Origin: Eubacterium sp. MSJ-33
Lineage (GTDB): Bacteria; Bacillota; Clostridia; Lachnospirales; Lachnospiraceae
Direction: 5' to 3'
DNA: 32,000 nt
NCBI RefSeq assembly: GCF_022174665.1
Contig: NZ_CP076562.1
Span: 1,844,525-1,876,524, forward strand
The translations under genes were made by a program, and so were the position numbers. Below, one piece after another: positions 25,399 through 32,000 of the stretch (within the stretch, counting starts at the first letter, position 1; the number at the start of each line of letters is the position of its first letter). Under the pieces are notes generated by a model, which saw nothing but the letters and a program-made list of their open reading frames with translations, made no database searches and was not told the DNA's origin.

Positions 25399-26586
25399 CT
25401 ACAAATATTTCTTCAGATCATCTACCTTGTCGGTCTTCTCCCATGGAAGGTCGATATCGGTTCTTCCGAAATGTCCGTAAGCAGCAGTCTGCTTGTAGAT
25501 CGGTCTGCGCAAATCAAGCATCTTGATGATTCCTGCCGGGCGCAGATCGAAGTTCTCGCGGACAATCTCTACGAGCTTATCATCTGCAAGCTTACCTGTG
25601 CCAAATGTATCAACCATAATTGAAGTTGGTCTTGCAACACCGATTGCATAAGAAAGCTGAATCTCACACTTATCGGCCAGTCCGGCTGCCACAATATTCT
25701 TTGCCACATAACGTGCGGCATACGCTGCGGAACGGTCTACCTTTGTGCAATCCTTTCCTGAAAATGCTCCGCCGCCGTGACGTGCATATCCACCGTAAGT
25801 GTCTACGATGATCTTACGTCCGGTTACACCGGAGTCACCGTTTGGTCCACCGATTACAAAACGTCCGGTTGGGTTGATGAAGAACTTTGTCTCATCGTCA
25901 ATCATATTCTGTGGAAGAACCGGATCAAACACATATTTCTTGATGTCTGCATGGATCTGCTCCTGAGATACATTCTCATCATGCTGTGTAGAAAGGACAA
26001 CCGCCTCTAATCTGCAAGGCTTTCCGTTCTCGTCATATTCTACAGATACCTGTGTCTTGCCATCCGGTCTTAAATAAGAAAGTGTGCCATTCTTACGAAC
26101 TTCTGTCAGCTTTCTGGCAAGCTTGTGTGCCAATGAGATCGGATATGGCATAAGCTCCGGTGTCTCGTTTGTTGCATAACCGAACATCATACCCTGATCG
26201 CCGGCACCGATTGCCTCGATTTCTTCGTCAGACATATTGTTTTCCTTCGCTTCAAGTGCCCTGTCAACACCCATTGCGATATCGGCTGACTGCTTGTCAA
26301 GTGCTACAATAACACCACAGGTATCACAGTCAAATCCGTACTTTGCACGGTCATAACCGATCTCACGGACTGTCTCGCGGACGATTGTCTGGATATCAAT
26401 CTGTGCCTTCGTTGTGATCTCACCCATAACAAGTACCAGTCCGGTTGTTACGGCTGTCTCACAAGCGACACGGCTCATAGGGTCCTGCGCTAAAAGTGCA
26501 TCTAATACGGCATCACTGATCTGATCACAGATTTTGTCAGGATGGCCTTCGGTTACTGATTCTGAAGTAAATAATAACTTCTCCAT
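25399..26586 (-). CDS. metK: S-adenosylmethionine synthase MetK
   Basis: [38 protein letters not shown] and [19 protein letters not shown] are canonical MetK motifs. Confidence 0.97.
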   Translation of the reverse strand: MEKLLFTSESVTEGHPDKICDQISDAVLDALLAQDPMSRVACETAVTTGLVLVMGEITTKAQIDIQTIVRETVREIGYDRAKYGFDCDTCGVIVALDKQSADIAMGVDRALEAKENNMSDEEIEAIGAGDQGMMFGYATNETPELMPYPISLAHKLARKLTEVRKNGTLSYLRPDGKTQVSVEYDENGKPCRLEAVVLSTQHDENVSQEQIHADIKKYVFDPVLPQNMIDDETKFFINPTGRFVIGGPNGDSGVTGRKIIVDTYGGYARHGGGAFSGKDCTKVDRSAAYAARYVAKNIVAAGLADKCEIQLSYAIGVARPTSIMVDTFGTGKLADDKLVEIVRENFDLRPAGIIKMLDLRRPIYKQTAAYGHFGRTDIDLPWEKTDKVDDLKKYL

Positions 26587-26724
26587 TTGTTCCTCCTTTT
26601 GATCTCGCTCCCTGGCAATGGAATATATGCTATGACTCTATACGATGTCTATTGTAATCATTCCACTCCCGGTTCGCTTTACCTTGTGTATATTGTGGTT
26701 GTCTCTTAGTCAGCGGCAATTCAT

Positions 26725-26757
26725 AAAAAAGAAATCCGGCTGCAAGCAACCGGATTT
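26725..26757 (-). terminator. Expression-platform terminator of the SAM riboswitch
   Basis: The minus strand reads AAATCCGGTTGC-TT-GCAGCCGGATTT followed by CTTTTTT. This is a 12-bp stem with one G-U pair, immediately 3-prime of the aptamer. Confidence 0.8.
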
Positions 26758-26774
26758 GAAAGTCGTTATCAAAT

Positions 26775-26886
26775 CTTCTTATTGCTCGACAACTTAATCT
26801 AAGTATCGCTCAGGTCGGCACCTTCCGTCTCCGGGGTTGCCGTGGCTTCTTCGTCCCTTATGACTCCACCACTCTGAATAAGAGAG
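26775..26886 (-). promoter_or_regulatory. SAM-I (S-box) riboswitch aptamer in the metK leader
   Basis: The minus strand reads CTCTTATTCAGAGTGGTGGAG...GAAGAAGCCACGGCAACCCCGGAGACGGAAGGTGCCGACCTGAGCGATACTTAGATTAAGTTGTCGAGCAATAAGAAG. This matches S-box hallmarks: P1 CTTAT/ATAAG closure, AGAG-GGTGGAG, GGCAACC and AAGGTGCC-A. metK is a classic S-box-regulated gene in Firmicutes. Confidence 0.8.
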
Positions 26887-26894
26887 ACATGTTT

Positions 26895-26923
26895 AACATA
26901 TATCATATATTTCTACTTGTCAA
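26895..26923 (-). promoter_or_regulatory. Candidate sigma-A promoter driving the S-box/metK transcript
   Basis: The minus strand reads TTGACA (26923-26918), 17 nt, TATGTT (26900-26895). This places the start a few nt upstream of the riboswitch P1 stem. Confidence 0.45.
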
Positions 26924-26971
26924 TGGTTTTATTTGCTATTTTCGTTGTATTTTCGCACCATCCGTCGAATT

Positions 26972-27508
26972 TTATTCCTGTGTACCATGCTTTTTGCAGA
27001 TAACACGAATCAGCATCGTCACAAGCAGCAGAATCAGTATTCCAACTGCCGCTCCACAACTATCGAGCAGCACATCCTTTACCTGACCGCTTCGTCCCGG
27101 CACAAACAACTGGTGAAATTCATCGGTCATAGCATATACAGTTGCCGATCCCCACGCCAAAAGCCCGGCATAGACCTTTCTGCGTCTGCCGTTCATCCAC
27201 GCGCCGCATAAAAGCATTGCAAAAACCGCATACTCTGTTGCATGTGCCAGCTTCCGAATCGGATGATCTACCTTCTCGGCAAAATCAAGCTGCGCTTCCT
27301 CCGACCAGTCCTTGAAATCCAGATGTACAACACGGCCAAACTCCATACCCACAGTGTAACTGTCTTCTGTAGACTCTACTCCTGTCCGCGCAGAAAAACA
27401 GAAAATCATAATCGCGAACAATATCGACAATACAAGGAACACAATCTGCCGCTTCGACAGCCTGCCCGGCTGCACCTTTTTATCTCTAGATATGCTTTTT
27501 GATTGCAT
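26972..27508 (-). CDS. VanZ-family membrane protein
   Basis: 178 aa with four hydrophobic segments. KLAHATEYAVFAMLL and DEFHQLFVPGRSGQVKDVLLDSCGAAVG are VanZ-like signatures. The ATG overlaps the HIT gene stop by 23 nt. Confidence 0.75.
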   Translation of the reverse strand: MQSKSISRDKKVQPGRLSKRQIVFLVLSILFAIMIFCFSARTGVESTEDSYTVGMEFGRVVHLDFKDWSEEAQLDFAEKVDHPIRKLAHATEYAVFAMLLCGAWMNGRRRKVYAGLLAWGSATVYAMTDEFHQLFVPGRSGQVKDVLLDSCGAAVGILILLLVTMLIRVICKKHGTQE

Positions 27509-27902
27509 CTGCCAGCGCCTTCAATGATTCCGATTCTGTCTCACCCTGCTTCCAAGTCACCTGCACATCATCCCCTGCGTGACGCGGAATCACATGCATA
27601 TGAAAATGGTGCACCGTCTGTCCGGCTACTTCGCCGTTGTTCTGTACGATATTCAGTCCTTCACAGCCGGTCTCTTCCTGTACTGCCTTTGCAACGCGGG
27701 TTGCAAGCGAAAATACCTTGCCTGCAGTCTCCTCGTCTAACTGATAGATATTGTCATAATGCTCCTTCGTCAAAATCAGTGCATGTCCCTGATTGGCCGG
27801 TGCCAGATCCAGGATTACCCGGCACTCCGGTGTCTCATATACCGTTGCAGATGGAATCTCGCCATTTGCAATCTTACAGAAAATACAATCATCTTTTTTC
27901 AT
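27486..27902 (-). CDS. HIT-family (Hint-like) nucleotide phosphoramidase/hydrolase
   Basis: CIFCKIANGEIPS at the N-terminus and the histidine triad HHFHMHVIPR. Confidence 0.9.
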   Translation of the reverse strand: MKKDDCIFCKIANGEIPSATVYETPECRVILDLAPANQGHALILTKEHYDNIYQLDEETAGKVFSLATRVAKAVQEETGCEGLNIVQNNGEVAGQTVHHFHMHVIPRHAGDDVQVTWKQGETESESLKALADAIKKHI

Positions 27903-27921
27903 CTTCGATTACTCCTTTTTG

Positions 27922-28401
27922 TTAAATCTGATATCCACGGCTTTCATAGTTCACACCCTGTACGCTCTCGTTTAAGGTTCCCTTGCCGTAGGTAAGTCCG
28001 GCATATACCTGATGTACATTCTGCATCACTGCGCCCTCGTTGTCAAGTTCGTGCAGATGCGCAAATCCGACACGTAAATTATCGACCATCTGCACACAGC
28101 GATCCAGTTCATCCGGCTGCCTGCGCACTTCTGAACGCACAAGCTTTCCATAGACAAATCTTAAAATGGCAATTACATTTCTGCCAAGTGCATCTTCTTT
28201 AGAAAAACAATCAATCAGCTCCTGCATGGTACGACGTGCCAGCTCAATATTTTGCAGATACGCAGTTTCATTCCCTGCTTCATACGCTGTCATTGCATCA
28301 TTTCCATATGTATGAAAGATATCGCACAACACTAAAATCAAGCCGCTGTGATTCTCTTGGCTGACACGCCGTGTGAATTCCTGTTTCATTTCCTGTGTCA
28401 T
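27922..28401 (-). CDS. fliS: FliS-like flagellin export chaperone with extended C-terminus
   Basis: 159 aa, colinear with Bacillus FliS through the four-helix region (GLILVLCDIF...ARRTMQELIDCFSKEDALGRNVIAILRFVYGKLVRSEV...VDNLRVGFAHL). It lies directly downstream of the flagellin gene with no obvious terminator between them. Confidence 0.65.
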   Translation of the reverse strand: MTQEMKQEFTRRVSQENHSGLILVLCDIFHTYGNDAMTAYEAGNETAYLQNIELARRTMQELIDCFSKEDALGRNVIAILRFVYGKLVRSEVRRQPDELDRCVQMVDNLRVGFAHLHELDNEGAVMQNVHQVYAGLTYGKGTLNESVQGVNYESRGYQI

Positions 28402-28469
28402 ATTGATTTCCTCTTATTTCTTGCCCTGCGGACAGAGATTCTCTTTAATTATCAGTTTCCTACAGGCTA

Positions 28470-29900
28470 TTACTGTAACAACTGCAAGATAGATTCCGGA
28501 CGGTCATTCGCCTTTTGCATCATAGAGATTGCTGCCTGTGACAAAACCTCCTGCTGTGTATATTCCGTCATCTCTTCCGCCATGTCAGTATCCATAATAC
28601 GCGAATATGCTTCTGTGATACTTTCACTCTGTACCTGCAGGTTCGAATGGATGTCATCCAGACGATTCTCATAAGCGCCGAGTTTTGACCGTGCACTAGA
28701 TACCTTCTTGACTGCTTCATCAATCTTCTCGATCGCTTTTGACGCATACTCATGTGTATACATGATCAGTTCGTCTACATCCAGCGACTTCGCAGTCAGT
28801 TCCGGGATATCAACCGATAACTGCTCTCCCTCATTGGAACCGGTCTGTACTATCATAGTTCCCGCAGACAGCACCTCTATATCCGCACTTATCGTTGCTC
28901 CATTTTGTCCTACGATACCCGGGTCTACTTCCACAGTCATAGAGAAACCACTCCGATCCGTAATCTCTATTTTATTTCCGGCAGTTGAAACCGTTGCCGT
29001 TGTGGAAAATCCATCGTCCGCGGTTGTGAGTGTTGCTTTACAGTCTTTCCCCTGTACAGACGTACCATCTGTCACTCCCAACACGGCTGCCAGTTCCGGA
29101 TTCGACACAGAAATCTCAATCTTCTCACTACTACCGTATTCTTTTGTACGGAACAACACCGGCGCACCACTTGCAAAATCAGTTTCCGTACTTCCATCCT
29201 GTGTTGCAAATACATCCACATTGATCTTCGCAAGTCCCGTCTGCAGACTCCGATATACTTCGTCCATGGTCATGCCTTCTGAAATCGTTACCGAAAATCC
29301 ATTCACCTTCAAAGTTCCTGCCTGTTCTTTCGCAATCACAGCCGTCGAATATGAGAACCCTGTCACCATAGATGCCTGCTCTGCATCCGCAGTTACTTTG
29401 AGGGAATAAACACCCGTGCTTACCTCAGATGAAATATACGCCGCTTTCACACCATTCACACTTGACAGAGAACGCCTTGTCAGATCTCCATTCAACAGTG
29501 TCTGACCGTTGAAAGAAGTTGTCTCGGAAATCTGTGTGAGTTCTGCTGCCAGAGAGTCAATCTCTTCCTGAATCGCGTCACGATCCACTTCATCATTGAC
29601 ATCATTTGCCGCCTGCACTGCAAGTTCACGCATGCGTCCGAGAATACTGTGCATTTCTTCCATGCCACCCTCCGCGGACTGGATAACAGAAATCCCATCA
29701 TTAGAATTCAATGCTGCCCGGTCAAGTCCCCGGATCTGAGCACTCATCTTCTTTGAGATTGCAAGTCCCGCTGCATCATCCGCCGGACTCGTAATCTTGT
29801 ATCCCGAAGAAAGTCTGGACATCGACTTTGCAACTTTATTATTTATTTTACCGAAATTTGTCGTGGCATTCATCGCCAGCGCATTGTAGTTAATTCTCAT
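28470..29900 (-). CDS. fliC: Flagellin
   Basis: 476 aa. The N-terminus MRINYNALAMNATTNFGKINNKVAKSMSRLSSGYKITSPADDAAGLAISKKMSAQIRGLDRAALNSNDGISVIQSAEGGMEEMHSILGRMRELAVQAAND and the C-terminus DMAEEMTEYTQQEVLSQAAISMMQKANDRPESILQLLQ are canonical D0/D1 segments flanking a variable middle. Confidence 0.95.
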   Translation of the reverse strand: MRINYNALAMNATTNFGKINNKVAKSMSRLSSGYKITSPADDAAGLAISKKMSAQIRGLDRAALNSNDGISVIQSAEGGMEEMHSILGRMRELAVQAANDVNDEVDRDAIQEEIDSLAAELTQISETTSFNGQTLLNGDLTRRSLSSVNGVKAAYISSEVSTGVYSLKVTADAEQASMVTGFSYSTAVIAKEQAGTLKVNGFSVTISEGMTMDEVYRSLQTGLAKINVDVFATQDGSTETDFASGAPVLFRTKEYGSSEKIEISVSNPELAAVLGVTDGTSVQGKDCKATLTTADDGFSTTATVSTAGNKIEITDRSGFSMTVEVDPGIVGQNGATISADIEVLSAGTMIVQTGSNEGEQLSVDIPELTAKSLDVDELIMYTHEYASKAIEKIDEAVKKVSSARSKLGAYENRLDDIHSNLQVQSESITEAYSRIMDTDMAEEMTEYTQQEVLSQAAISMMQKANDRPESILQLLQ

Positions 29901-29978
29901 GTTCTGCCTCCTATCATCAACGGCATAGCTCCTACAGTCAGCACCTACGCCTGTCGCATCCGATCTCGTGTTTCTATG

Positions 29979-32000
29979 TTATTTATCGGAAAGTTGCGCA
30001 AATGCCTTAACAAAAAACACCGACGCTTCACAAAGTTTCTGTGTTGCAACTCTCGATGCACCTGTACTTTTCCGTGAATGCTCATCTGTGACCGCATCCC
30101 CGACACGTTCTTCCTGTGTAAGACCTGTATCTTCCAGATCATGTTTTCCAAATGTAATCACCGCATCCGCATATTCACTGTTCACAAGCATGTTATAAAA
30201 CGCTTCTTCCTGCATCTGAAGTGCCGCATTTCCATCCATAGTATCCGTGTAAACCGTGCCTGTACAATGTCCCTGCGCATCCATATACAAAGTTGCTGAT
30301 AATCTGCCAAACCGCGCAGATGGCAATTGTATATCGATTGCTCCGCTCTGATCAGTGCCACTCTGCAAAGTCAGATTAACAAGTTTCGTTCCCATCTCGG
30401 TTGCAACCGGAATCCGGTACTGTTGCCGCTTCGCCATGGAGCCAAGAATACGGAAACCTGCCTGCACCAGCTTCAGATTATGAAAATCTACCGTCTGCGT
30501 TCCGCCAAGTTGTGCCTGCGTATACATCTGTTCAACAAGCTGCTGTTGCAGATCCGCATATGTAAGTGACAGGTCATCTCCGCGTCCGAGCTGTTCAAGC
30601 AGGCTGTCCGGTTCAAACGTCAGATCGATGTTCTCGCCCGCAAGGGATCTTGCCATAGCGCCTGTCTCCGTATCGACTGCATCCTCTGTCGTATGATCCT
30701 CAAAATGCAGATTCTTCATCACCTGCGCCAGAAGATTATATATATTCATACTTTCCGGCGTGTCTGTTCCTCGTAAAATCATATTAGCTGCCTGCGTATT
30801 CAAAGCACTTTCTTCCAGATTCTGCTCCTGCAAAAACTGTTCTGTTTCGGCAAGCACATCATCCTCTTCGATCTCCTGCCACGGATTTACTGCATCCTCT
30901 GCATCCTGTGCTGTTTCTATCGTCTTCGCATTCTCACTGTCATCTTCCTGCGCATCCAATTCTGCTTCATGCAAAAACGCCGCTTCAATCTGCGCATCCA
31001 TCTTCGTACCGTGTGTCTGCATCCCGGTCAACAATCCAAAATCATCATCCACTGAGACATCCATACCTGCTGCCTTTCGGCTGCGCATCGCTGTGATCAG
31101 ATTCCTCACAGTCAGACGACTGCCATTTGCAAACAGATACCCGGCTTCCCGATCTCCGGAGCGTTCCAGCTTCTTCAACACACGATATATTCCAATATAG
31201 CCGGATCGTTCCTCCGGGCTGATCTCCCCACGCCGTTCCACGTCACGCAGAAATGTCGCAAAATCCTCTGTCTCCTTCACTCCTGCTTGATAATTTCTAT
31301 CCCGCAGCGTCCGGTTTAACTCCTCTACTGACAGATCCAACGGATTGATTCCATCACGAATCATAGACAATACGGCTCCCGGCTGACAAGCGGTGATTAG
31401 GTCATTCACTTCTCTGTCGTATTGCAGAACCTGCTGCAGATTCTCCTCGGTAATCGCGATCGAATTATATCCCAGAATCCGAACCGCGCGCTCATGCTCC
31501 GCATCAGCCGGAAGGTTCATATCCTGCAGGATTGCATCCACATTTGCAAATGCCTTTCGGATGCTGTCTCCCATATCTGCCCGCGGCGCTGTGCCAAGTG
31601 CATCGTACTCCCGTTCCATCGCTGCAAAATTTGCCGGTCGTCGGATGGTATCTAATGAAGCACCCGCAATCTGCGACCCGCTGCCTGCCATCGCAAGCTC
31701 TCCGCTTGGAACCACTGTGCCTTGCTCACCGGCTTCCTCTCCGGCAACAAGTGTGGCAAGTCCACGCACGGAAATCATCCGCAAAGCATTGCCCCTATCC
31801 GTATTCGACTGCATCTGTACTGCTTCCGTATCTGCAGCTGCATTTGCAAGCTTTTCTGCATCGAAAAGAGAGCCCAATCTAACAACCGAAGCATCTCCGA
31901 TTGCCTGCATATCCCGCTGCAATTCTGTATACACAGTAATATTCTCTTCCGTCGCCGCGACACCGTTTCTTGCGAAAAGTTCTCTTGTCATCTGCGCTTC
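29979..32000 (-). CDS. Large acidic protein of unknown function, 5-prime partial (frame open to the window edge), possibly with a FliK-like C-terminal domain
   Basis: At least 673 codons are open; the track ATG at 31991 is preceded by sense codons up to position 32000. The central region is very acidic. The C-terminal region AIDIQLPSARFGRLSATLYMDAQGHCTGTVYTDTMDGNAALQMQEEAFYNMLVNSEY resembles the L-x-P-xx-LG...AL...L...L pattern of the hook-length-control (Flg_hook) domain. The family assignment is unverified. Confidence 0.5.
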   Translation of the reverse strand, partial: EAQMTRELFARNGVAATEENITVYTELQRDMQAIGDASVVRLGSLFDAEKLANAAADTEAVQMQSNTDRGNALRMISVRGLATLVAGEEAGEQGTVVPSGELAMAGSGSQIAGASLDTIRRPANFAAMEREYDALGTAPRADMGDSIRKAFANVDAILQDMNLPADAEHERAVRILGYNSIAITEENLQQVLQYDREVNDLITACQPGAVLSMIRDGINPLDLSVEELNRTLRDRNYQAGVKETEDFATFLRDVERRGEISPEERSGYIGIYRVLKKLERSGDREAGYLFANGSRLTVRNLITAMRSRKAAGMDVSVDDDFGLLTGMQTHGTKMDAQIEAAFLHEAELDAQEDDSENAKTIETAQDAEDAVNPWQEIEEDDVLAETEQFLQEQNLEESALNTQAANMILRGTDTPESMNIYNLLAQVMKNLHFEDHTTEDAVDTETGAMARSLAGENIDLTFEPDSLLEQLGRGDDLSLTYADLQQQLVEQMYTQAQLGGTQTVDFHNLKLVQAGFRILGSMAKRQQYRIPVATEMGTKLVNLTLQSGTDQSGAIDIQLPSARFGRLSATLYMDAQGHCTGTVYTDTMDGNAALQMQEEAFYNMLVNSEYADAVITFGKHDLEDTGLTQEERVGDAVTDEHSRKSTGASRVATQKLCEASVFFVKAFAQLSDK
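29983..30010 (-). promoter_or_regulatory. Sigma-28 (SigD/FliA)-type promoter for the flagellin gene, embedded in the last codons of the upstream CDS
   Basis: The minus strand reads TTAAGG (TAAG at 30009-30006), exactly 15 nt (GCATTTGCGCAACTT), then TCCGATAA (29990-29983). The consensus is TAAA-N15-GCCGATAT. Flagellin genes are the archetypal sigma-28 targets. Confidence 0.6.

Noticed and set aside
28708-29409. 233-aa plus-strand ORF antisense to the flagellin gene
   Set aside because: The Ser/Thr/Val-rich translation is typical of the reverse frame of an Ala/Thr/Ser/Gly-rich flagellin variable region. It has no SD and lies fully inside a confidently called CDS.
1-32000. CRISPR arrays, transposases, integrases, prophage or defence-island signatures, rRNA or tRNA genes
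   Set aside because: I saw no direct-repeat/spacer architecture, no terminal inverted repeats flanking an ORF, no recombinase-like translation in the track and no cloverleaf-like segment in the short intergenic regions. The window reads as core chromosome.

Overview
This window looks like core chromosome of a motile low-to-mid-GC Firmicute, probably a Clostridia or Lachnospiraceae-like organism; taxonomy cannot be verified without a database search. Every convincing gene but one is on the minus strand.

Gene content in coordinate order (transcription runs right to left):
- 1-8338: late flagellar genes fliD (partial), flaG, csrA, fliW, flgL, two tandem flgK paralogues, flgN, flgM.
- 8539-12055: a yvyF-type zinc-ribbon gene, comFC and recD2.
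- 12077-15179: a rod-binding protein gene, two rod genes (flgG and an flgF/flhO-like gene) and mreB/mbl.
- 15214-18073: two non-canonical genes, an output-less PAS/GAF multi-sensor protein and a DivIVA-domain protein with a regular 11-residue cysteine-bearing repeat.
- 18249-18965: one plus-strand lipoprotein gene.
- 19052-26886: housekeeping genes metG, murA, pyrI and pyrB, preceded on the minus strand by a small membrane protein and a divergent transcarbamylase paralogue, then metK behind a SAM-I riboswitch.
- 26972-32000: VanZ and HIT genes, then a second flagellar island with a fliS-like gene, a flagellin gene with a sigma-28-type promoter, and a large acidic protein running off the right edge.

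I found no CRISPR array, rRNA, tRNA, transposase, integrase or recognisable defence gene.

The items most worth follow-up are the Cys-ladder hendecad protein, the active-site-altered transcarbamylase wired into pyrBI, and the large acidic protein upstream of the flagellin, which may have a FliK-like C-terminus. All functional calls rest on my reading of the supplied translations and on known family motifs. No searches were run.
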